Shown in pieces: positions 37,814 through 47,260 of a stretch of DNA of 64,000 nucleotides. Every line of letters begins with the position of its first letter. Position 1 is the stretch's first letter. The DNA comes from Polyangiaceae bacterium. GTDB lineage: Bacteria; Myxococcota_A; Polyangia; Polyangiales; Polyangiaceae. The position numbers and the translations under genes are program-made. The DNA is taken from assembly GCA_965222375.1 (NCBI GenBank), contig CBDCTZ010000016.1, positions 928,001 through 992,000 on the forward strand. The letters run 5' to 3'. The notes beneath the pieces are model-generated. The model saw nothing but the letters and a program-made list of their open reading frames with translations, had not been told where the DNA came from and made no database searches.

Positions 37814-39256
37814 ATGGGACAGTTGCGCCGTATTTTCAGGGTTTTGTTCGCCGGTGGCCTCTTCGTCGCCACAACCTCCACCTTCCAGGGGTGCGGAAGT
37901 GACGATTCTTCCGACAACCCGTCGAGCGGTGGTGCCGCCGGCGCGGACGCCTCCAGCGGCGGCGCTGGGCAGGGAGGTACGGGGGCCGATGCTGGCAGCT
38001 GCAAACTGTCGGGCCAGAGCTGCGGTAGCTCTGCCGAATGCTGCTCCGCCAACTGCGACTCGACGCTGAACACGTGTACGAACCCAGTTGGTGGCTGCAA
38101 AGCCGCCGGAGACTCGTGCAGCGGGCCCACCGAGTGCTGCACGCTGGTCTGCGACGGCGGCAAGTGCGGCGCGACCCTGTGCACGTCTGACGAACAACCC
38201 TGTACGAGTGATGCTCAGTGTTGCAGTGGCAGCTGCGGAACCTCCGGCTGCGAGCCACTGAATACTGGCTGCAAGACAGCTGGCAACACCTGCGGTGGCG
38301 ACGGCGAATGCTGCTCGCAGGTCTGCAGAAACGGCGTGTGTGCGGGGAGCGTCTCCTTCTGCACTCAGACCGGCGATACCTGCGCGAAGGACACCGACTG
38401 CTGTGCGGGCATCTGCACCAAGAAATCCGGTGCCTCGATCGGTGTGTGCACTCAGCCCAGCGCCCCCGGCACGACGGGTTGCCTCGTGGCCGGCGAAGTC
38501 TGCAGCGGCGGTAGTGAAGGCGGCGCCGATGGGGGCATCCCCACTTGTGGCGGCTCATGTTGTAGCCGCGCTTGCGCCCCCTACGGTCCAACGGGTGTGT
38601 TCGTGTGTCAGCCCCCGAGCGGTTGCCGCCCGACCGGTGAGGTCTGCGTCGATGATTCGGATTGCTGCGGCTCGCCGGGGATGCCGGGAGGCAACGGTTC
38701 CGTCAAGTGCAGCAAAGGCGCAGGCGAACCCGTGGGGCGTTGCGACAACGGCAATGCGTGTCGACCCTCCGGAGCGGTCTGCAAGCTCAAGAGCGGGTCG
38801 TGTAACGCGGAAAACAACTGCTGCGCGGGCAACGTGAACAACGACCCAACGGTTTGCCAGCAGGACAACCTCGGCATTCCACGCTGCACGGAAGCGGGGG
38901 ACTGCAAGGAAGCTGGCTCGAAGGCAGGCCAGCCCTGCGCCAGCAGCGCGGATTGCTGCGGGCTGCCGTGCCTTCCCAATAACGCCGGTGGCGGTTCGGC
39001 GTTCGTCTGCGGTGGCAGCGACTGCGTGCCGACGGACGGTGCGTGCACCTCGGATGCGGATTGCTGCTCGGGCCTGCCCTGCGTTGCGCCGCCAGGGTCC
39101 ACCAAGGGCACCTGCGGTCCGCCGCCGGTGATTCCGGATGCGGGCCCGGACAGCGGACCCGAGTGCGCGCTGTACGGACAGAACTGCACGCAGGCGTCGG
39201 ACTGCTGCAACAACGTGCCGTGCACCAACGGCAAGTGCTACTACGAGGTGTTCTGA
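37814..39256 (+). CDS. Highly Cys-rich repeat lipoprotein
   Basis: FQGC lipobox; tandem C-x5-CC-x3-C modules throughout. Confidence 0.85.
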   Translation: MGQLRRIFRVLFAGGLFVATTSTFQGCGSDDSSDNPSSGGAAGADASSGGAGQGGTGADAGSCKLSGQSCGSSAECCSANCDSTLNTCTNPVGGCKAAGDSCSGPTECCTLVCDGGKCGATLCTSDEQPCTSDAQCCSGSCGTSGCEPLNTGCKTAGNTCGGDGECCSQVCRNGVCAGSVSFCTQTGDTCAKDTDCCAGICTKKSGASIGVCTQPSAPGTTGCLVAGEVCSGGSEGGADGGIPTCGGSCCSRACAPYGPTGVFVCQPPSGCRPTGEVCVDDSDCCGSPGMPGGNGSVKCSKGAGEPVGRCDNGNACRPSGAVCKLKSGSCNAENNCCAGNVNNDPTVCQQDNLGIPRCTEAGDCKEAGSKAGQPCASSADCCGLPCLPNNAGGGSAFVCGGSDCVPTDGACTSDADCCSGLPCVAPPGSTKGTCGPPPVIPDAGPDSGPECALYGQNCTQASDCCNNVPCTNGKCYYEVF

Positions 39257-39261
39257 GCCAC

Positions 39262-39311
39262 GCGGGCTTTTCAGCCCGGTGACAAAGCCGGGGGCGCCTC
39301 GAAGGCGCCCC
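39262..39311. terminator. Two hairpins between convergent genes
   Basis: CGGGCT-TTTC-AGCCCG and GGGGCGCCT-CGA-AGGCGCCCC. Confidence 0.45.
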
Positions 39312-39647
39312 TCAAGACTGCTTGGGCTCCGGCTCGGATGGCATAGCCTCGCCAGGGTCCGTGGCCTCGTCTTTGCCTTTGTCGCGCTCCCGGGCTTCCA
39401 AGGCAACGTCCACAACGCGGCTCACCGTGCGGTTGCTCAGGCGGATTGCGGAGTACACCGTGGTCACGGTGACGTCGTGAACGACGCGAACCACGCGGGT
39501 GGGCGTCGCCACAGCCGGGATCTGCTCCAGGATGTCGAAAGGTCGACTCGCCGTCGCCTTGTGAACTTGCTCCACCGCCGTCGACCCATGCTCGATGGCA
39601 TCGTGCACCAGGGCTCTCAGGCCGTGCCAGCGTTTCTCTGCGTTCAT
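39312..39647 (-). CDS. Small helical protein coupled to the PGAP1-like hydrolase
   Basis: MNAEKRWHGLRALVHDAIEHG..AVEQVH; ATGA overlap with the upstream gene. Confidence 0.7.
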   Translation of the reverse strand: MNAEKRWHGLRALVHDAIEHGSTAVEQVHKATASRPFDILEQIPAVATPTRVVRVVHDVTVTTVYSAIRLSNRTVSRVVDVALEARERDKGKDEATDPGEAMPSEPEPKQS

Positions 39648-40597
39648 GTCTCCTCCTGGCACCAGCTCTTGATCTGATCGTATACGTCCGCGTTGCGCGG
39701 CAGCGCCATATGTCCGAGTCCCGAGAAGATCTTCACATGGCTCGGCGGCAGCGCGATGCTCGCGGCATCGACGCATTCGCCGTTGGTGGCGCTGGGCACC
39801 GGCACCATGACATCTCCGAAGAGCTCAGCGAGTTTCGGATCTTCGGCTACGGAGCCGGCCGCCAGGTAGTGCTGGATTTCGGGAAGCAGCGGCACCGGGT
39901 GCTCGGGATCTCGGAGCGAAATACTGGCTCGACGTCGCGCCCGGTCCTCGTGACGGATGTCGGCGTCGCCCAAATCCCTCAGGCCGGCGCTGCGCAAGTC
40001 GCTCAGAGTGGCGATGAGACGCGTGTAGGGATCCGGGATGACGTGAAGCAGCTTGATCGCGGACCGCGCGAAGCGCTCCAAGGGTGCTCCCCGGTGTGGC
40101 GTTCCGACGTAGATGGCGCGACGCACCCGCTGCAGCCAGTCCTGGTCTTCAATAGCGGCAACGTGACACGCGCTACGCACCACCAAGCCACCCATACTGA
40201 AACCGAGGGGCAAGATCTCCTCGACGGGCACTGGGTAGACCGAGATCAGAGTCTGCAGAAAGTCCGAGAGGTGGCGACCGTTGTCGGGGATGGCAAGTCC
40301 CGAGTTGTAACGGAGCACCAAAGGCGTGAAGCCCAAGTCCTCTGCCAGTCGCGAGCCGTAGTTACTCCCGTCGGGCAGCTCCCAGTGGTCCTCGGTGCAC
40401 ATCAGGCCATGTACCATCACCGCCACTTTTGGCGTTGCCTCGGGATGTAGCTTCGCGAGGGCTTCGCGGGAGAGCGGCACCGGCTCGCCCTGGTCGACGC
40501 AGGTCATCTTGGTCGCGAGTCCGTTGTCGGTGCGATGCAGGTAGTCTCCGACGGCTCCGTTCAGTATGCTGACGGCCAGTTCCGTCTTGCGTCCCAT
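39644..40597 (-). CDS. PGAP1-like alpha/beta hydrolase (lipase/esterase)
   Basis: VHGLMC, RYNSG, GFSMGGLVVRSA, GTPHRGAPLE, GDVMV, GHM. Confidence 0.85.
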   Translation of the reverse strand: MGRKTELAVSILNGAVGDYLHRTDNGLATKMTCVDQGEPVPLSREALAKLHPEATPKVAVMVHGLMCTEDHWELPDGSNYGSRLAEDLGFTPLVLRYNSGLAIPDNGRHLSDFLQTLISVYPVPVEEILPLGFSMGGLVVRSACHVAAIEDQDWLQRVRRAIYVGTPHRGAPLERFARSAIKLLHVIPDPYTRLIATLSDLRSAGLRDLGDADIRHEDRARRRASISLRDPEHPVPLLPEIQHYLAAGSVAEDPKLAELFGDVMVPVPSATNGECVDAASIALPPSHVKIFSGLGHMALPRNADVYDQIKSWCQEET

Positions 40598-41292
40598 TAG
40601 GCCGAGTACCTCATGACCGCGACCACGTGGCAGGCCGTGCCACCAATGACGAGCAGGTGCCAAACCAGGTGCGCGTAGCGAACTCGTGTCGCTGCGTAGA
40701 ATGCGACCCCCGTCGTGTAGGCGACTCCACCTGCCACGAGCCAGAATAGCCCCCAAGGTTCCATCGCGAGCCACAGCGGCTTGATCGCAATCAGGATGAT
40801 CCACCCCATGGCGACATACAGAATCGTTTCCAAGCGTGGGTAGCGCAGTCCGCCAAAGGCTTTCAATGCGACGCCTGCGATGGCCAAGGTCCACACCAGA
40901 CCGAAGAGGATCCAGCCCCAGGCTCCGGAGAGCACGCCCAGGGTAAAGGGCGTGTAGGTGCCTGCGATCAGGAGGAAGATCGCTGCGTGGTCCAGGATGC
41001 GCACGACGCGTTTGGCGCGGCCCACGCGAAGGGCGTGATACAGCGTGGACGTCAGGTAGACGAGCACCATGGTCGCGGCGAATACGCTGGACCCGACGAC
41101 AGCTGCGGATCCGTGCGCACTGGCCGCACTGATGATCATGGGAACTGCCGCGAGGGCGGCAACGAGCCCGACGCCATGGCTGACACTATTCGCAATCTCT
41201 TCGCCAACCCCCGGAGCTCGGCCGCGGGTGTGCGCAGGGATGTCCTCCTGAATCGATGGCAGCTGGCGATCGTTGTTGACGGGAGAGGTCAT
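40597..41292 (-). CDS. Hemolysin III / PAQR-family membrane protein (TrhA-like)
   Basis: EEIANSVSHG, STLYH, LDHAAIFLLIAGTYTP, HLVWH. Confidence 0.92.
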   Translation of the reverse strand: MTSPVNNDRQLPSIQEDIPAHTRGRAPGVGEEIANSVSHGVGLVAALAAVPMIISAASAHGSAAVVGSSVFAATMVLVYLTSTLYHALRVGRAKRVVRILDHAAIFLLIAGTYTPFTLGVLSGAWGWILFGLVWTLAIAGVALKAFGGLRYPRLETILYVAMGWIILIAIKPLWLAMEPWGLFWLVAGGVAYTTGVAFYAATRVRYAHLVWHLLVIGGTACHVVAVMRYSA

Positions 41293-41302
41293 GGCAGTTC
41301 TT

Positions 41303-42094
41303 TCAGCTTCGCTTCTTGCGCCGCGGGATCACCGTCGACTTGCCCGACTCGACCATTTCGCGCAGCACACGCTCCATTTCCTGCCCAAAGGTCAGCTGCA
41401 GCGCTTCTTGGCTGACCGGCCGCAGCGCGCTGAACGCTTCGGTCAGGTCGCCGGTGCTGGCACCCCGGTCGAAGCCGGCAGCCGCGCGCTTGAAGAAGTA
41501 CTTGGCCAGATCTTTGGCGGCACGTCGCGCGTGCTTTTTGATGATGGAGAGCCCCTCTGCTGCGGTCTCCATGTCGACTCCAGCGGCTTCGAGCCTCACC
41601 GCCGCGTGCAGCAGGCCGGGGCTCGGCACGAGAAAGGCGTCGCCCTTGCGTTCGATCAGCTTCAGTCGACGCAGTTGGGCTAAGAGCCCAGCGTGGCGTT
41701 TGCCGATCAAATCGTACAGCTCGACTTCACTGACGAGCCGGGGGCTATCGTTGGCCCAGGGCTCCCCGAGCTGCGCGTCGAGGCCTAGCCACTCATTGAG
41801 GTCGAGCTCGCCCTTGTCGATCTGCTTCACGAGATCGCAGATGGCCTTGATGGTCAGCCCGCGGTCCTGCAGCTCCGCCACGAGCTTGAGTCGCTCCAGG
41901 TGGTTTTCGCCGTAGTAGGCCACTCGCCCTCGAATCACCGGTGCGGTCAGGGCGCCGGCGGACTGGTAGTAGCGAATCGTGCGGCTTGGGACCTCGCTGG
42001 CCGCGGCCAGTTGGTCGATGGTGTACCCGGCCTCGGAGGTCTCGGAGGCCTCTGGGGACTCTCCCGCCTCCAGGGCAGCTGCGCTCGTACTCAT
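41303..42094 (-). CDS. MerR-family transcriptional regulator
   Basis: YTIDQLAAASEVPSRTIRYYQSAG HTH. Confidence 0.9.
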   Translation of the reverse strand: MSTSAAALEAGESPEASETSEAGYTIDQLAAASEVPSRTIRYYQSAGALTAPVIRGRVAYYGENHLERLKLVAELQDRGLTIKAICDLVKQIDKGELDLNEWLGLDAQLGEPWANDSPRLVSEVELYDLIGKRHAGLLAQLRRLKLIERKGDAFLVPSPGLLHAAVRLEAAGVDMETAAEGLSIIKKHARRAAKDLAKYFFKRAAAGFDRGASTGDLTEAFSALRPVSQEALQLTFGQEMERVLREMVESGKSTVIPRRKKRS

Positions 42095-42096
42095 GG

Positions 42097-42135
42097 TGAC
42101 AGTAGTAACCTTGACAGTAACTACTGTCAAGGTTA
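42097..42135 (-). promoter_or_regulatory. Perfect 30-bp palindromic operator containing TTGACA, upstream of the MerR gene
   Basis: TAACCTTGACAGTA-AC-TACTGTCAAGGTTA at 42106-42135, plus an extra TGACAGTA half-site at 42097. Confidence 0.8.
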
Positions 42136-42192
42136 GGGCGGCGATTCCAGCGGAATCACCGCCCTTTTTGGCCGATCAATCGGCGGTTGCCC

Positions 42193-43386
42193 TCAGCTCC
42201 AGGCCCGGGAGCCGTTGGTCGGCTTCTCGGGCGGTTTCGGAGTCTTCAGGCTGTTGAGTCGGTCGCCAAGGATGGCTGCCTTGCGGTGGATCCAGCGCGT
42301 CCGGTCGTAGTTGTCGAGGTTCTTGTTCAGCACCACCTGGAAGCAGGCGGCATTGCCCTGCTGCGCGATGATCGAGGACCAAGCCAGGAAGAAGTGCCAA
42401 ATCCTGAACCAGCGCTCGCCGTAGGCCTTGAGCACATGCTCTTTGTTGCTGAGCCAGTTGTCGTGCCACTTACGGATGGTCCAGGCGTAGTGGGTGCTCA
42501 CGTTTTCTACGCTGTGAGTCTCCCAGCCAGCCTTCTCCATCGACTTGAGCATCGGTGCGGGACACAGGCTCGCATCGGCTCCGGGGAAGATGTACTTGCC
42601 CATGAACATAATCCAGATCATGTCCTCGGCGCGCATCCCGCGCCGCAGCCCCGTCCACTGCAGCAGGAATAGGCCGTCGTCGGTCAGTAGGTCGCGGACT
42701 TGCTCGTAGAAGGAGAGCAGGTTCTTCACGCCTACGTGCTCGACCATCTCCAAGCTGACGATCTTGTCGAACTTTTGATTGGGGATGTCCCGATAATCCT
42801 TACACAGAATCCGGGCTTGATCTTGCATGCCCCAATCTTGGATCCGGCGGTTGCCGAAGGCCGTCTGGTTCTCGGAAATCGTGACGCCAGTCGCGTCTAC
42901 GCCGTAGTATTTCGCGGCATGTCGGCTCAGGGTTCCCCAGCCGCAACCGATGTCGAGCAAGCGCTCGCCGGGGTCTAGCTGCAGTTTCTGGCAGACCAGG
43001 TTCATCTTGTTGTCCTGGGCCTGCTCCAGGGTCTCGTTGGCGTTCTCGAAGAACGCGCAGGTGTAGATCATGCGCTCGCCAAGGAACCACTCGAAGAAGT
43101 CGTCTCCCCGGTCGTAGTGTTCACGCACGATTCGCTCGTCTTGGCTCTTGCTGTGAATCACAGCTTCGGGCACGAAATTGGTCAAGGCCCACCGAAAGTG
43201 TTCCTTGGTGAGCGTGTTCTTGACGAGTTGATTGCGATCGTTCAGGAACGCGTAGATGTCGCCGGGGATGTCGATGTCGCCATCGAAATACGCTTCATAG
43301 AGAAGCGCCATCGGCATTCGCTTGTTCCTGTACTTCTGCTCGAGCTTCTTGTCGTTGAACACGATGTGATCGGTGAGTTGCGCCAT
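42193..43386 (-). CDS. Cfa/CMAS-family SAM-dependent methyltransferase, sphingolipid C9-methyltransferase-like
   Basis: LDIGCGWG, LEMVEHVG, KYIFPG; HSKSQDERIVREHYDRGDDFFEWFLGERMIYT segment. Confidence 0.88.
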   Translation of the reverse strand: MAQLTDHIVFNDKKLEQKYRNKRMPMALLYEAYFDGDIDIPGDIYAFLNDRNQLVKNTLTKEHFRWALTNFVPEAVIHSKSQDERIVREHYDRGDDFFEWFLGERMIYTCAFFENANETLEQAQDNKMNLVCQKLQLDPGERLLDIGCGWGTLSRHAAKYYGVDATGVTISENQTAFGNRRIQDWGMQDQARILCKDYRDIPNQKFDKIVSLEMVEHVGVKNLLSFYEQVRDLLTDDGLFLLQWTGLRRGMRAEDMIWIMFMGKYIFPGADASLCPAPMLKSMEKAGWETHSVENVSTHYAWTIRKWHDNWLSNKEHVLKAYGERWFRIWHFFLAWSSIIAQQGNAACFQVVLNKNLDNYDRTRWIHRKAAILGDRLNSLKTPKPPEKPTNGSRAWS

Positions 43387-44014
43387 GTTTTCGTACCACT
43401 GTCCCTTTCGAAGGCGCGGAGCCTAGCCGAAACCAGAGGTGGCGCATCGAATATGTCCATCTTCTGTCGAACTGGGCGTAATCGTGGAAGTTTCTATGCG
43501 CGAAGGCGTATTCGCATCGGACTTTTGGTGGTGTCGAGATCGACTCGTTTGACCGTTCTCAATTCGAAATCGGCACTTCGAGCTGCGTGGACGTTCGCCA
43601 CAGGTCCCTCGACCGAACAAGCGGAGAGGCGTTGTGGTTGGCGCAACTCGTGGCATCGAGCGATGCACGCACATGCCGGTGCGGCCGTAGCTGATGCGGC
43701 GAACGTGAACAATGTTTCGTGGCGGCGCGACTGCTGGAGCGCGCAAGCGGATCTCGGAGGAGCGGCGTCACAACTACACGCACACCCCGATAGGTTCTGC
43801 CTATGCGAGGCACCTCCACGGATCTGGCAGAGCATGCCTCTCTTCATCCCGGTCCCCGAAAACCTCCGCAAGAGCTGGAGCTTGTCGCCCGTCCCCGAAC
43901 AGCGCCACCTTTTGGTGACAGCGGGCCAGAGCGAGTAGCCGCTCTGCCGCAAGCTGGGCCCTTTTCCTGCCGGAGGCTTGCGGTTGCTGGGGGAGAAGCG
44001 TTACTTAGGACCTG

Positions 44015-45520
44015 GTGAGGTGGGCCGTCACGACAGCAGGGGTGCTCGCCGCATTGTGCGTCGGCGGCCCACTCGCGGCTCAGGAAGATAGCCGTCGGGA
44101 CATGCGGCAGCAGCCGGACGCGCCCCAGCAGCCCGCTGCCGAGCCCGACCGGGACAAGGAACCCGCTCTGGCGCCTGATGCGCCCATCGACCAGGAAGAC
44201 GAACGCGCCCTGCCCGACTACGACGGCCGGGGCGACGAGCCGACCACGGCGGGGGACGTTCTGATCTGGGTGCCTCGGGTCCTGATGTCTCCCCTCTACT
44301 TCGTCAGCGAGTTCGTGATTCGCCGACCGCTGGGTTGGCTGGTTACCGCAGTCGAGGAAGAGAAGGTCGTTGCCAAGGTCTTCGATTTCTTCACCTTCGG
44401 GCCCGACAACAACATCGGCGTTGCGCCCACCGGGTTGATCGATTTCGGCTTCCGTCCGAGCGTCGGCATCTACTTCTTTTGGAACGAGTTCCTGGCGGAG
44501 AACAACGACCTGCGCGCTCGCGCCGCTACCTGGGGGCCGAACTGGTTGCTCTTCAACGTTCGAGACCGTCTCACCTTGTGGGAAGGCCACGAACTCACCT
44601 TGCGGGGCGAGTTTCTGCGGCGATCCGACAGAATCTTCCACGGCATCGGCCCCGAAAGCGGCCCCGATACCGCTCGCTACCAATCGACTTCGATTCAGGG
44701 CGGCCTGCTGTACGAGGCCGATCTGTGGCGCTCCAGTCAGCTGTCGACGCACGCCACGGTGCGAGACGTCAGCTTCGACGCCGACGGTGGTGACGGAGAT
44801 GACCCCACCGTGGCCCAGGAGATCACCCGAGGTCGCTACCCCACGCCGCCGGGCATGGAAAGCGGCTACACGGTGGTCGTGCAGGGTGTTACGGCCGAGT
44901 TGGATACTCGGCGCCGGCGCGAGCCCAGTTGGTTGCCCGAGGGCAGCGACTACGTGTCGCCCAATGCGAGTGGCTTGCGTTTGCAGCTGCGCGGCGAGCA
45001 TGCCGCCGGCTTGAACACGGAGCTGCGCGCCAACCCCAATGCGCCAGCGCGCAATCAGTGGCTCAAGTATGGCGGAACCTTGGGCGGTTATCTGGACATC
45101 GCCGGCCAGCAGCGCGTCCTGGGGCTGTCTTTGATCGCGGACTTCGTGGATCCGATCCACGAAGACACCACGATTCCTTTCACGGAGTTGATCGGTCTCG
45201 GTGGAGAACGGCCCCTGCGCGGCTTTCTAGAGGGGCGGCTCTTGGGGCGCAGCTCAGCCGTGGCGCAGTTCGATTACCATTGGCCCGTGTGGGTGTTCAT
45301 CGACGGAGCGTTTCACTACTCCGTTGGCAACGTGTTCGGCGAGCGCCTGGATGGTTTCGAAATGGGCAAGCTACGCCAATCCTTCGGGATGGGCTTTCGC
45401 GCGAATAGCTCGCGGGACCATGTCTTCGAATTGCTACTAGCTTTCGGCAGCAAGACCTTCGATCAGGGGGGCGGCATTGAAAACGTGCGGTTCGTTTTGG
45501 GAGCGACCAGTGGGTTCTGA
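44015..45520 (+). CDS. Omp85/BamA-TamA superfamily-like outer-membrane beta-barrel
   Basis: Signal peptide, amphipathic strands, LGGERPLRGFLEGR (LRGF loop-6 motif), C-terminal Phe. Confidence 0.75.
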   Translation: MRWAVTTAGVLAALCVGGPLAAQEDSRRDMRQQPDAPQQPAAEPDRDKEPALAPDAPIDQEDERALPDYDGRGDEPTTAGDVLIWVPRVLMSPLYFVSEFVIRRPLGWLVTAVEEEKVVAKVFDFFTFGPDNNIGVAPTGLIDFGFRPSVGIYFFWNEFLAENNDLRARAATWGPNWLLFNVRDRLTLWEGHELTLRGEFLRRSDRIFHGIGPESGPDTARYQSTSIQGGLLYEADLWRSSQLSTHATVRDVSFDADGGDGDDPTVAQEITRGRYPTPPGMESGYTVVVQGVTAELDTRRRREPSWLPEGSDYVSPNASGLRLQLRGEHAAGLNTELRANPNAPARNQWLKYGGTLGGYLDIAGQQRVLGLSLIADFVDPIHEDTTIPFTELIGLGGERPLRGFLEGRLLGRSSAVAQFDYHWPVWVFIDGAFHYSVGNVFGERLDGFEMGKLRQSFGMGFRANSSRDHVFELLLAFGSKTFDQGGGIENVRFVLGATSGF

Positions 45521-45560
45521 GGTTCGAAGCTCCGACCCAAGCCGTGGGTCTGGCCGCGCT

Positions 45561-47258
45561 GTGCTGCGAGTGCTCGGCAAGTTCGGGCTCGCTCTGGCGG
45601 CTCTCAGCCTGACCGCGTGCGGCTCCGGGCTACGCAAGTACCCGTTGAAAGACCCACTCTGGGTGGACCCGGATCGACGTCCCTTCGCCGGCGAGCCTGA
45701 AGAGTACTTCTCTCCCTTCGCGTGGGACGGCGCAGACCAAATGGTGTTCCGCCCCATCAGCCGATTCTTCGCTGTCGACCCCGCCGGCGAGGCTGTGAAC
45801 ATCAACGCCTTCGACGAACCGCCATCGTCGAGTTGGTTCTACCATCGCATCGGCCGCAACGGGATGACGCCCGCCCAGGCCGCTAAGGGCTCCTGTGTAA
45901 CGCCTCTGCCAGATCCAACGAAGACCTGGACCGTGACCGGTGCCAAGCCCAATGGCGCCAACCCGGGTTTCTTGATCAAGGCATCCGACGGCTTGCGCTA
46001 CCTCGTCAAGTTCGACGGCACGGTGCAGGGCCCGCGCGCGACGGCCGCGGACGTGATCGGTTCGCGTATTTATCATGCGGCGGGCTACTACGTTCCCTGC
46101 AACCGGATCATCCACTTCCGTCGGGACGTCCTGGTCTACGACCCCAAGGCGAAGGGTGAAAACGACAAGGGCGACAAGGAACCGCTGAGCGACAAGCACC
46201 TCGATCTGGTTTTCGACAAGGCGCTGCGCCTACCCGACGGTCGTTATCGCGCCAACTTGAGCTTGTTCGTCGAAGGCAAGCCAATTGGTCCCTGGCGCTA
46301 TCAAGGGACCCGTAGCGACGACCCCAACGACGTCATCAATCACGAAGACCGCCGAGAGCTTCGGGGCGCAGAAGTGCTGGCGGCATGGACGAATCACTTC
46401 GACTCTCGCGAGCAGAACACCCTGGCGACCTGGGTGAAGTCGCCCCCGGGCGGTTACATCCGCCACTACATCATCGACTTCGGTGACACCTTCGGCAGCA
46501 TCTGGGAACCACCGATGCTCGGCCGACGCATTGGTCACGCCTACTACCTCGACTTCAGCTACCTCTTCGAAGACTTCTTCACCTTTGGTCTGATCGAGCG
46601 TCGCTGGGATACGGCTCGATTCGGCGAGACCAAACGCGTTTTCGGCTACTTCGACGTCGAGACCTTCGACGTAGACGGCTACAAGCCCGGCTACCCCAAC
46701 CCCGCCTTCATCCGCAAGAGCGAGCGCGACTCGGCATGGATGGCGCGCATCCTGGCGCGCTTCTCCGACAAACATGTTCGCGCGATGGTCGATAGTGCCG
46801 AAATGGGTGACCGGCTCAGCACGATCCTCACGAAGATCCTGATAGGTCGCCGCGACAAGATCCTGCGCCGCTATCTCAACAAGCTGTCGCCTCTGGCGTG
46901 GCCCAAAGTGGAGGCTCGTGGCAACGCCGGGGTGCTCTGCCTCGAAGACATGGCCCTGGTTGGGGGCGTCACGACTGCCGCGAATCGACGCTACACAGCC
47001 AAGGCTTGGCTCGGAGAATCTTTGACCCCGGCGCTACTCACGGCGCCTCGACTCGAGAAGAAGGCGCACGCTTGCGTGCAGCTGCCGAGCGTCCCCGGTG
47101 CCTCAGCCAGCTCGCCCCAGTACCTGATTGTCGATGTCACGGGGCGCTCCAAGGGAGCCGAGCCCGCGCCTTTGCGAACGCACCTCTATCACTTGGGTGG
47201 CGCGAACTACCGCGTCGTGGGTCTGCAGCGCCCCACGGACGGCGACCCGCCGGGCTGA
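45561..47258 (+). CDS. Lipoprotein with atypical (HipA/PI3K-like) kinase fold
   Basis: LTAC lipobox 20 aa after GTG 45561 (track start 45477); GANPG...DGLRYLVKF, ADVIGSRIYHAAGY.VP, HFDSREQN, YIIDFG. Confidence 0.65.
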   Translation: MLRVLGKFGLALAALSLTACGSGLRKYPLKDPLWVDPDRRPFAGEPEEYFSPFAWDGADQMVFRPISRFFAVDPAGEAVNINAFDEPPSSSWFYHRIGRNGMTPAQAAKGSCVTPLPDPTKTWTVTGAKPNGANPGFLIKASDGLRYLVKFDGTVQGPRATAADVIGSRIYHAAGYYVPCNRIIHFRRDVLVYDPKAKGENDKGDKEPLSDKHLDLVFDKALRLPDGRYRANLSLFVEGKPIGPWRYQGTRSDDPNDVINHEDRRELRGAEVLAAWTNHFDSREQNTLATWVKSPPGGYIRHYIIDFGDTFGSIWEPPMLGRRIGHAYYLDFSYLFEDFFTFGLIERRWDTARFGETKRVFGYFDVETFDVDGYKPGYPNPAFIRKSERDSAWMARILARFSDKHVRAMVDSAEMGDRLSTILTKILIGRRDKILRRYLNKLSPLAWPKVEARGNAGVLCLEDMALVGGVTTAANRRYTAKAWLGESLTPALLTAPRLEKKAHACVQLPSVPGASASSPQYLIVDVTGRSKGAEPAPLRTHLYHLGGANYRVVGLQRPTDGDPPG

Positions 47259-47260
47259 CC

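Noticed and set aside
43387..44014. Riboswitch or small ORF in the 630-bp divergent intergenic region
   Set aside because: No recognisable aptamer, sigma-54 box or convincing ORF.
46898..47260. N-terminal extension of the translocase ORF
   Set aside because: It overlaps the kinase-like gene; MSDAKAE at 47261 is the coherent start.
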